The notes under the pieces were generated by a model, which was given only the letters and a program-made list of their open reading frames with translations, did no database searches and had not been told where the DNA came from. Both the position numbers and the translations under genes were made by a program. Positions 54,633-63,200 of a stretch of DNA of 64,000 bases are shown piece after piece; the first letter of the stretch is position 1; each line of letters begins with the position of its first letter. Origin of the DNA: Myxococcales bacterium (GTDB taxonomy: Bacteria > Myxococcota_A > UBA9042 > JABWCM01 > BTVJ01); NCBI GenBank assembly GCA_045863395.1, contig BTVJ01000030.1, positions 1 to 64,000 on the forward strand, written 5' to 3'.

Positions 54633-55606
54633 AGCCTGCTCCTCAGCCACGAAGTGAGTTCGGGGTACAGCACGGTGGTCGCCTTGCTTCCGACGACGGC
54701 GCCCACGTGCCCGCCGGGAACCGTAAATACCCGCTTGTCGCTGGAACCGCAACGGTCATTGAGCGCGGTCGCGGCCGGTGGGGGGCAGATCGTGTCGCGG
54801 GATGTCACCACCGTCATGACGGGGCAGCGGATGGCCCCCAGATCCACGCGGCGCCCGGCGACCACGTGGGTCCCCGCCACGAGCTGGTTCTCTTGATAGA
54901 GGTCGTGGATGTAGCGCTGGTAGGCCGCCGCGGGGAACGGGATGTTGTCGCCCGCCCAGGCCTCGAGCGCCTCGAAGGCGAGCCGGTCCGCGGGGCTGTG
55001 CGCCCGGTCGAGGAAGCCGACCCACTTGGCGAGCTGCGACGTGGGGCGCATGGCGACGAAGCCGCTCTGCATCTGCGCCGGTGAGAGGTTGCCCGCCGCC
55101 GTGAGGCCCGAGGGGTCGAACCACCGGGGATCCACCATGTGGCGCAGCACCCCGCCCTCGGAGAAGTCGATGGGGCCCGCCAGGTTGACCAGCGCCGCCA
55201 CCTGGTCCGGGTGGAGCGCGGTCCAGATGGCGGAGACCGTGCCGCCCATGCAGTAGCCGAGCACGCCCACCTTCGGGGCGCCGGTCTCCCGCTTGACGCG
55301 CCGCACCATGCGGCCGATGCGCGCGATGACGTCGTCCCACTCCAGGTAGCGGTCCTCGTCGTTGGGGATGCCCCAGTCGAGGCACCAGGTATCGAGGCCC
55401 GACTCCACGAGCGCCGACGCCAGGGACGCGCCTTCGCGCAGGTCCAGCACGTACCAGCGGTTGATCATGGACGGGATGAGGAGCAGGGGGAGGCCCGGGT
55501 CCGGCGCCCTCTGGCCGCGGAAGCGGGTGAGCTGCGCCGTCCCGTCCCGGAGCACGGTGTCCCTCGGGGTGGGCATCAGGGGTAGAGCGGGGCTCGCGAG
55601 GAGCAT
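54623..55606 (-). CDS. phaC: Class III/IV-type polyhydroxyalkanoate synthase catalytic subunit
   Basis: PLLLIPSMINRWYVLDL, LDWG, lipase box GYCMGG, Asp in RDTICP and His in GGHVG; about 327 aa. Confidence 0.82.
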   Translation of the reverse strand: MLLASPALPLMPTPRDTVLRDGTAQLTRFRGQRAPDPGLPLLLIPSMINRWYVLDLREGASLASALVESGLDTWCLDWGIPNDEDRYLEWDDVIARIGRMVRRVKRETGAPKVGVLGYCMGGTVSAIWTALHPDQVAALVNLAGPIDFSEGGVLRHMVDPRWFDPSGLTAAGNLSPAQMQSGFVAMRPTSQLAKWVGFLDRAHSPADRLAFEALEAWAGDNIPFPAAAYQRYIHDLYQENQLVAGTHVVAGRRVDLGAIRCPVMTVVTSRDTICPPPAATALNDRCGSSDKRVFTVPGGHVGAVVGSKATTVLYPELTSWLRSRLCN

Positions 55607-55617
55607 GGGGACTCCTC

Positions 55618-55968
55618 TCAGGCGGCGAGCTTGGACTTCACGGCCTCGGCGGCCTGCCGCGTGGCGTCCATGGTGACCTTGCGCCACTCCGTGCCGAGCG
55701 TGTTGGCGTAGGTGACCGTCTCCTTCACCAGCTTCGCGGTCTCGTCGATGGCGGTCATGGTCTGCGCGAGCGCCTTCTCGTTGAGCTTGCCGACCTCCTC
55801 GAAGAGGGAGCCCATGCGCGCCATCTGGTCGTCCATCAGCTTCTTCCAGGCGTTGAGCGCCTCGTGCGCCTGCTGGGCGCCGGTGAACGGGGGGAACGCC
55901 GTGAACGGGGGGACGCTCTGGTCGGCGGACTTTGCGCTGCTCTTGGTGCTCTCGCTGGTCGTGCTCAT
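55618..55968 (-). CDS. Small amphipathic helical protein, phasin-like or a PhaE/PhaR-like partner subunit
   Basis: 116 aa, Ala/Lys/Thr-rich and helical, strong RBS GAGGAG, first gene of the pha operon. Confidence 0.6.
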   Translation of the reverse strand: MSTTSESTKSSAKSADQSVPPFTAFPPFTGAQQAHEALNAWKKLMDDQMARMGSLFEEVGKLNEKALAQTMTAIDETAKLVKETVTYANTLGTEWRKVTMDATRQAAEAVKSKLAA

Positions 55969-56022
55969 GGTGGTCTCCTCTCGGGTCTTCGTGGGCGGCG
56001 TCAGTGCCACCAGACGAGAGCG

Positions 56023-56074
56023 AGGATAGGGCGCGTGTTGCAGTGCGTCAAGGTGTTATTTTGCAGTGCAGCAA
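56023..56074 (-). promoter_or_regulatory. Sigma70 promoter of the pha operon overlapped by two TTGCAGTGC-containing operator-like boxes
   Basis: TTGACG (56051-56046), 17 bp, TATCCT (56028-56023). Boxes are TTGCAGTGCGTCAA at 56038-56051 and TTGCAGTGCAGCAA at 56061-56074. Confidence 0.7.
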
Positions 56075-56126
56075 ATTTTTCAATCATGGCAGGGCGCCCC
56101 CGGGAAGCAGTGGCGCTGCCTCGTCG

Positions 56127-56573
56127 CTACGGCCGCCGGCCAAGCCACGCCCGCCACGCCGCGGCGTCCGTGCCCAGGCGCTGCCCGGTGAGCACCTCCA
56201 GGGCCGCGGCGACCCGGCCGCGCTCCTCGTCACCCCACGCCGGGGTCCCGAGCGACGCCACCAGCAGCTCCAGGTGGCCGAGGGCCGGGGTACGGCGCAT
56301 GATCTCCACCACTACGGAGCGCCGCGCCGGGTCCGACGACACCACGCCCTCGTGCAGCTCCGAGAGGCAGAGCCGGTCCATGGCCGCCGCGGCCGCCGCC
56401 ACCTGGGGCTCGGCCGCTCCGTCGAGGCGCTGCGCCGTCGCCGCCGCATCGACCAGCGCCCGGCACCGCTCCACCACCGCGAGCTGTTCGCCCGGGCCCG
56501 GCTTCGCCCCGCAGGCCCCCGCCGCCGCCGCGATCACCGCCAGCGCCCGCGCGCCGACCCACATGCTGCTCAT
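56127..56573 (-). CDS. Small HEAT-like helical lipoprotein
   Basis: AGAC lipobox; C-terminal ALEVLTGQRLGTDAAAWRAWL; ATGA overlap with the ATPase stop. Confidence 0.65.
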   Translation of the reverse strand: MSSMWVGARALAVIAAAAGACGAKPGPGEQLAVVERCRALVDAAATAQRLDGAAEPQVAAAAAAMDRLCLSELHEGVVSSDPARRSVVVEIMRRTPALGHLELLVASLGTPAWGDEERGRVAAALEVLTGQRLGTDAAAWRAWLGRRP

Positions 56574-58759
56574 GGCTTCCTCCTTGGGACGATCTCCCGC
56601 ACGACCTTGCCGAGGGACTGGTACTCCTCGTTGGCGGCGCGCAGCAGGTGCGCCTGCGTGATGGGCTCCTCCGCCAGCGCCGCCAGGAAGGCCGCGCGGA
56701 GCACCGCGTTGGCGATGTGGCCGCCCGAGAGATCGAAGTCCTCGCCGAGCCCTGCGAAGTCGATGGGCGCCGCGCCGAGGGCCACCCGCGGCACCAGCAG
56801 CTCCCAGAGCCTGGCGCGCTCGACGGGACCCGGCGCCGCGAAGTGGACCCGGTGGTTGATGCGCCGCACAAAGGCGGTGTCCATGCTCGCCTCCAGGTTC
56901 GTCGTCAGGATGGCGACCCCCTCGAAGCGCTCGATGCGCTGAAGGAGGTAGCTGGTCTCCTGGTTCGCGTACCGGTCGTGGGAGGAGCTGACGGACGTGC
57001 GCGTCGCGAACAGCGAGTCGGCCTCGTCGAACAGGAGCAGCGCCCGGCGCGACGCCAGCTCGTCGAAGAGCGCGCCCAGGTTCTTCTCCGTTTCGCCGAT
57101 GAACTTGGACACCACCTGCGACAGGTCCACCCGCAGCAGCTCCAGGTCGAGCATGCGCGCCAGGATCCGCGCCGCGTGGGTCTTTCCCGTTCCGGGCGGC
57201 CCGTGGAACAGCGCCGTCAGGCCACGGCGCGGGATGCGGCGCCCGAGGCCCCAGGTGCCGAACACGAGCTCCGCGTGCTGGTGCTGCGCGACGATCAGCT
57301 CGAGGCGCTCGCGCACCTCGGGCGACACGACCAGCTCGTCGAGGGACCCGCCGGGGGTCATCCGCTCGACGAGGGGTCCGAGGCGCTCGCCGGTGTGCGC
57401 CTCCAGCGCGTCCTCGATGAGCCGCCCCACGTCGCCCCGGCCGCTCCCGGCGAGGCGCAGCGACTGCACGACCGAGCGGATCGTGCCGCCCGTCACGCGG
57501 TAGCGGGCCGCCAGCCATGCCGGGTCGAGCCCCTCGGCGCCCGGAAGGCGTCGCATGGCCTGCGTCCAGAGGGACGTGCGGGTCTCATGATCCGGGCGCG
57601 AGAGCTGCGCCGCCATGACGGCCCGCGGGCGCAGGTCCAGGGAGGGGCGCTGCTCCGTGTCGACGCACACGACGAGGGGAAGCGGGTCGCGCTCGGTCAG
57701 AGCGCGCAGGCGGTCCGCCGTCACCGGGTCGAGGGCCTCGCTGAAGTGCAGGACCAGCAACGCGCGGAGGAGCCGGGCCTCCCGGGCGAGCTTCACGAGC
57801 GCCTCGTCACTGAGGCGCGCGCGCCGCGCGTCGGCAATCAGCGCCGCGCCGCCAAGGCGGGACGCCAGGGCAGACGCCACCGTCCGCTTGCCCGTGCCCT
57901 CGGGCCCATACAGCAGTAGCACGGGCGAACCCGCCGGCAGGGTGCCCTGCTCCGCCGCGGACACGAAGGTGTCGGCGGCGCCTTGGAGGCGTGCGCGGAC
58001 CTCCTCGGAGAGGATCAGGCCGCGGGTGATCTCCGGGTGGCCGGTGGTCGGCGGTGACAAGGTCGCGAGCCCCTCCAGGGCGGGGTCGAGGCCCGTATCG
58101 TCCCGCAGGAACTCCACTACCCGGCGCGCCGGGACGAGCTCCATGCGCAGCACGCCGATGCGGTCCGGGTCGTCGACGAGCGGCGGGCAGAGCAGCCGGT
58201 GGCGAAGCAGCGGCGCGTCGATGCGCAGCGCGTCGCGCACGGCGTCTCGCTCGCCCTCGGTCGTGGCGAGCAGCGCGAGGGCCAGCGCGCCGTCGGGGGC
58301 CTGCCGCGTCACGTCGTCCTGGAGGAACGCCACGGTCCGGCGCACGGCCTCCGACAGCTCGGCGGCCGTCGCGAGCACCAGGAGCGCCGACGCCGTGGAG
58401 TCGAGCCCGAAGGCGTCGCGCACGCTGGCGAGCGGCAGAGGCACTCCGCAGGTGGCCGAGGCCCGCTCGCGGGCAGCGACGACCGCGTCCAAGTGCGCGA
58501 CCGCCGCGCGGAGGCGCTCCACCTCCGCGCCCTGGGGCGCCTGGGCTGGGGGGCGGACGGCGGCTGGGGGGGCGAAGAAGCTCCCCGCCCACCGGTCGGG
58601 ACGCTCCACGAGCAGCCCCGCCTCCTGGGCGGCGGCCACATGCAGCAGGAGGCGCAAGCGGACGCCCTCCACCAGGGCGCCGAGGTGCTCGCGGCCCGTG
58701 GTGAACAGCCCCGTCAGCGGCTCGCAGAGCCAGGCGTCGAGCTCCGCCTGCGGGATCAT
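56570..58759 (-). CDS. Tandem AAA+ ATPase, Pvc15/Afp15-like (eCIS-associated family)
   Basis: N-domain FGLD...LQDDVTRQAP..ALAL; D1 GPEGTGKR; D2 GPPGTGKT, VDLSQVVSKFIGETEKNL and FDEADSLFATRT...DRYANQETSYLLQRIE. Confidence 0.88.
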   Translation of the reverse strand: MIPQAELDAWLCEPLTGLFTTGREHLGALVEGVRLRLLLHVAAAQEAGLLVERPDRWAGSFFAPPAAVRPPAQAPQGAEVERLRAAVAHLDAVVAARERASATCGVPLPLASVRDAFGLDSTASALLVLATAAELSEAVRRTVAFLQDDVTRQAPDGALALALLATTEGERDAVRDALRIDAPLLRHRLLCPPLVDDPDRIGVLRMELVPARRVVEFLRDDTGLDPALEGLATLSPPTTGHPEITRGLILSEEVRARLQGAADTFVSAAEQGTLPAGSPVLLLYGPEGTGKRTVASALASRLGGAALIADARRARLSDEALVKLAREARLLRALLVLHFSEALDPVTADRLRALTERDPLPLVVCVDTEQRPSLDLRPRAVMAAQLSRPDHETRTSLWTQAMRRLPGAEGLDPAWLAARYRVTGGTIRSVVQSLRLAGSGRGDVGRLIEDALEAHTGERLGPLVERMTPGGSLDELVVSPEVRERLELIVAQHQHAELVFGTWGLGRRIPRRGLTALFHGPPGTGKTHAARILARMLDLELLRVDLSQVVSKFIGETEKNLGALFDELASRRALLLFDEADSLFATRTSVSSSHDRYANQETSYLLQRIERFEGVAILTTNLEASMDTAFVRRINHRVHFAAPGPVERARLWELLVPRVALGAAPIDFAGLGEDFDLSGGHIANAVLRAAFLAALAEEPITQAHLLRAANEEYQSLGKVVREIVPRRKP

Positions 58760-59136
58760 GGGGTCTCCTCCCTGGGCGCAACGAACGCCAGCAAGACGGC
58801 GGGCCCACCCCCTGCGGCCTCCGCGTAGGCGCGCCCCAGCGCGGTGGCGTCTCCGTAGCCGTGGGAGTCCTCCGCACGAAAGAGCGACTCCCCGATGGCC
58901 CGAGCGAGCCACGTCCGCAGCGCCTGCCTCCCAGGCCACCCGCCAAACAGACGGGCGTCGAGCACCACCGTCCCCGTGGCCTCGTCGAAGAGCCCGAGCC
59001 GCTCACCCGGGAGGCGCGCCTTGACGTAGGCAACGACCGCCGGGTTCCCGGTCACGTGGGCGTCGGGGAGGCGCTCCAGCTCGTCCCAGAGCCGCTCCAG
59101 ATCGCTCGCCTCCCATGGCACGCGGGTCGCTCGCAC
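58756..59136 (-). CDS. Hypothetical protein with a possible inactive zincin-like fold
   Basis: Coupled to both neighbours; GLFDEATGTVVL...TWLARAIGES pattern. Confidence 0.6.
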   Translation of the reverse strand: MRATRVPWEASDLERLWDELERLPDAHVTGNPAVVAYVKARLPGERLGLFDEATGTVVLDARLFGGWPGRQALRTWLARAIGESLFRAEDSHGYGDATALGRAYAEAAGGGPAVLLAFVAPREETP

Positions 59137-59973
59137 TCAGCTCTCCTCGTGGGTCGGCCGGCCCTGGGGGAGCGTCGAGTCCACGGGGGCCGGCGCCATC
59201 AGGACGGCCCCGGGGGAGCCGCCTGGTGGGGCGATTGTCTGCGTCGACGCCGCCAGCAGGTCGGACCAGCGCGCCGCGGCCTCGACCGCACGCGCGTCAT
59301 GCAGGGGTGGGTAGAGCACGCGGTCCAGGTGCACGAAGGCCCCCTCGAACAGCTCGGGCGTCCGCTCCCGGTACTCGTCCAGGCGTGCGACGACCCGGTC
59401 GTAGAGCTGCCGGCCGCAGCCGACCCGCTGGATGTCGCTCGTGCCCCTCACGCGCACCTCCAGCTCGAAGCGCTCTGCCCCTGGCAGGAGCCGCACCGCC
59501 ATGCCGGGCCGCATGAGCCCTGGGTGGCGGGCGAGCACCCGCAGCTTCACGAGCTCGACGGCCCGGTCGTCGAGGCCGGCGTCCCAGGCGTGGAGCTTCT
59601 CCGCGAGCTGGTCGTAGCCGAACACGAGGCGCACCACGAAGCGAGGAGCCAGGGCCTGGATCATGGGTGGGGCGGCGCGCACCACGACGCGCTCGAACTC
59701 GGCCAGCAGCTCGCGCTCCAGGACGCTCCAGCTCGCGGTCCACTCCTGGGGGCAGACGCCGACCCAGTGGAAGCGGGCGAAGTCCGTATAGAGCAGCTTC
59801 TTCTCGATGGTGCGCAGCTCCCCGCACGCCGGGCAGGCGGCGCGGTGGAACGTGCCATCGAGGATCCGCGCGCGCACCTCCGGCAGGCGCGACACGTGGA
59901 GGCCGTCGGCGACCTGCGCGCTGAGCTCGTGCCCGCACGGGCATCTGACCATCCGGGTGGCCCAGGTCGACAT
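59137..59973 (-). CDS. CpXC-domain protein
   Basis: VRCPCGHE...PEVRARILDGTFHRAACPACG...LLYTD...RLVFG...LAEK...AGLDDRAVELVK. Confidence 0.82.
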   Translation of the reverse strand: MSTWATRMVRCPCGHELSAQVADGLHVSRLPEVRARILDGTFHRAACPACGELRTIEKKLLYTDFARFHWVGVCPQEWTASWSVLERELLAEFERVVVRAAPPMIQALAPRFVVRLVFGYDQLAEKLHAWDAGLDDRAVELVKLRVLARHPGLMRPGMAVRLLPGAERFELEVRVRGTSDIQRVGCGRQLYDRVVARLDEYRERTPELFEGAFVHLDRVLYPPLHDARAVEAAARWSDLLAASTQTIAPPGGSPGAVLMAPAPVDSTLPQGRPTHEES

Positions 59974-60172
59974 GCGGCTCTGCTCCGTGGCCCTCGCCTG
60001 GAGTCCCGCCAACGCCGTGCGAAGCCGGAGACGTTTGAGAAGCTCGGCGCCAAGGGTAGCCCGGGCGCCGCGCGGGGTCCAGCCGTTGCGCCTCCCGAGG
60101 CGGGGCGCGGTCGAGTGATCTCGAGGTCTTGCGCGTGTCGTCCGCCCGCATGGCGCCAGGCATGCGTCGCTG

Positions 60173-60181
60173 TGGTATGCT
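60173..60181 (+). promoter_or_regulatory. Extended -10 element upstream of the DUF4157 gene
   Basis: TGgTATGCT about 40 nt before ATG 60220; GAGGGG RBS. Confidence 0.4.
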
Positions 60182-60219
60182 CCCCATCCATCCGGGACAT
60201 CGAGACGAGCGAGGGGCCC

Positions 60220-63200
60220 ATGCGGGACAGGCGTGAGCGCGGCGAGGAGGCAGAGAGGGCCGGGGGATCTGCCGGGGCTTTGGGTCCCGCGGAGACCAGG
60301 CCGAGGCGCGGCAACGCCGCCATGGCGCGGGCCGCGCTCGCCGAGCGGGGCGCTCCGAGGGCCGTCAGGCAGGTGCTCGAGGGCGGCGGGCGTCCGCTCC
60401 ATGAGGGCGAGCTCGCACCCTTCGAGGGGGCCCTGGACGGCGACCTCTCCGGGGTGCGGATCCACGAAGGGGCCAACGCCGAGCGCGCCGCCGCGTCCGT
60501 CGGTGCCCGCGCCTTCACCGCCGGCCAGGACGTGGTCATGGGCAGCGGCGCCACGGCGGCGACGCTGGCCGAGGAGGTCGTCCACGCGCTGCAGCCGCAG
60601 GACCCGTCCCCGGCGGCGCTGGTCAGCGACCCGGGCGCCGCCGCGGAGCACGAGGCGCGGGGCGCCGTCGCCGCCCTCGCGCAGGGCCGCGCGGTCACCC
60701 CCTCCGAGACCCGCACCGCGGCCCTGGTCCGGGAGGCCTCGGGCGCGTCCCGAATCAGCGAGCTCCGCCAGCTCCTGGACGACGGCGACGAGGACGGCGC
60801 CATCAGCCTCATGGGCCGGCTCTCGGCGGCGGAGGTGGCCTCGGTCCTCGGCAACGCGAGCCTCAAGCAGCTCGCGGTCTCCTGCTTCGACGACGAGGAG
60901 ATGTACCGCGGCGTCCGCGCCATGGGCGGCGACCTGTGGAAGTCGCTCGATTGGATGTTCGCGGAGGGCACGAGCCTCAGCTACGTGCTCGACGTCATCA
61001 ACCGGTGCGCGAGCGATGCCCAGAAGGACGTGGTGCGCCGGAGCGGCACCATGCGCAGCCACTTCGTCGGGCTGTGCGATGATGGCGAGATGGTGCAGGT
61101 CACGAGTGCCCTCGGCGGGACGCTGGCGCAGAAGCTCGACTGGATGTTCGCCGAGGGCACGAGCTGGCAGGCGGCCCGCGCCCTGATCGTCGCCGCCCCG
61201 GAGGACCAGAAGGCCGCCGTGCGCACCAGCGCCACCATGCGCGCGAGCTTCATCTCGCTGCTCGGCAACGACGAGATGCGCGACTGCGTGCAGGTGCTCG
61301 GCGGCCGCCTCATCGACCAGCTCACGTGGATGTTCGCCGAGGGCACCGACTGGCCGTCCGTGCGGCAGATCATCGAGGCCCAGCCGGACCCGGCCCAACG
61401 GGCCGCCGTGCGTCAGAGCGCCGCCATGCGCGACGCCCTCGTGGGTGTCTGCGGCGACGACGAGATGGAGGACGCGGTGGTCCTCCTCGGTGGCGACCTC
61501 CGGTGGCGGCTCCAGTGGATGTTCGCGGAGGGCACGAGCTTCGAGGCGGTCAAGCGCCAGATCGGGCGCTGCCCCGAGTCGGAGCGCGCCGCCGTGACCA
61601 CGGACACGGCGCTGCGAGACCACTTCGTGTCGCTGCTCGGTGACCAGGAGATGCAGGAGCTGGTGGGGATCCTGAGCGGCGACCTGCTGTTCAAGGTGGA
61701 TTGGCTCATCGCCGAGGGCACGAGCTGGGACGCCATCAAGACCCACATCCAGGCGGCGCCGGAGTCACAGAAGGCGGCCGTGCGCGGCAGCGCCACGGCG
61801 CGGGCTCGCTTCTGCGACCTGCTCGGCAACGACCAGATGGCGGAGGCCGTCGACCTGCTCGGCGGGGACCTGCGGTTCAAGCTCGACTGGATGTTCGAGG
61901 AGGGCACCGACTGGGCTGCCGTCCGCGCGAAGATCACCGCCGCGGACGAGGCCGGGAAGGCCGCGGTGCGGGCGGACCCGACCATGCGCGGCCACTTCGT
62001 CTCGCTGCTCGGCAACGCGGAGATGCAGGAGGCCGTGGGGCTGCTCGGGGGCGACCTGCGCTTCAAGCTCGACTGGATGATGGAGGAGGGCACGGACTGG
62101 GCGACCGTCCGCGCGATGATCGTCGCGGCGGACGAGCCGCAGCGGGCCGCGGTGCGTGGAGACTCCCGGATGCGGGGCCACTTCGTGTCGCTTCTCGGCA
62201 ACGTAGAGATGGCCGACGCGGTGGTGGTGCTCGGAGGCGACCTGCGGTTCCAGCTCGACTGGATGTTCGCGGAGGGCACGGACTGGCCGACCGTCAAGGC
62301 GCGCATCCAGGCGGCGGACGAGGCCGGGCGGGCCGCCGTTCGTGGCGACCGGACCATGCGTGACCGCTTCGTGTCGCTGCTCGGCGACGACGAGATGCGC
62401 GAGGCGGTGGACCTGCTGGGCGGCGACCTGCGCTTCAAGCTCGAGTGGATGATGGAGGAGGGCACCGAGTGGTCCATCGTCCGGGCGATGATCGTCGCCG
62501 CGTCCGAGGCGGAGCGCGCGACCGTGCGCGGGGACCGGCGGATGCGGGAGCGCTTCGTGTCGCTGCTCGGCAACGACGAGATGGCCGACGCCGTGGTGGT
62601 GCTCGGGGGCGACCTGCGGTTCCAGCTCGACTGGATGTTCGCGGAGGGCACGGACTGGGCTACGGTCAGAGGGCGCATCCAGGCGGCGGACGATGCGGGG
62701 CGGGCGGCGGTGCGGCAGGACCCGGCCATGCGGGGCCACTTCGTGTCGCTGCTCGGCAACGACGAGATGGCGGAGGCCGTGGTGCTGCTCGGGGGGGACC
62801 TGCGGTTCCAGCTCGACTGGATGTTCGCGGAGGGCACGGACTGGCCGACCGTCCGCGGGCGCATCCAGGCGGCCGGCGAGGCGGAGCGTGCCGCCGTGCG
62901 TGCGGCGCCGGGGATGCGAGCGCTGTTCGTCTCGCTCTGCGGCGACGCGGAGATGGCCGAGGCGGTGGGGCTCCTCGGCGGGGACCTGAGGTTCAAGCTG
63001 GAGTGGACCCTGGAGGAGGGCACCACCTGGGCGGCGGCGCGGGCCCTCATCGAGGCGGCCCCGGAGGCGGAGCGGGCGGTCGTGCGAGGGGACGCGGCCA
63101 TGCGCGACCGCTTCGTGGGGCTGCTCGGCGACGACGAGATGGCCGAGGCGGTGGACGTGCTCGGGGGCGACCTGCGCTTCAAGCTCACCTGGATGTTCGC

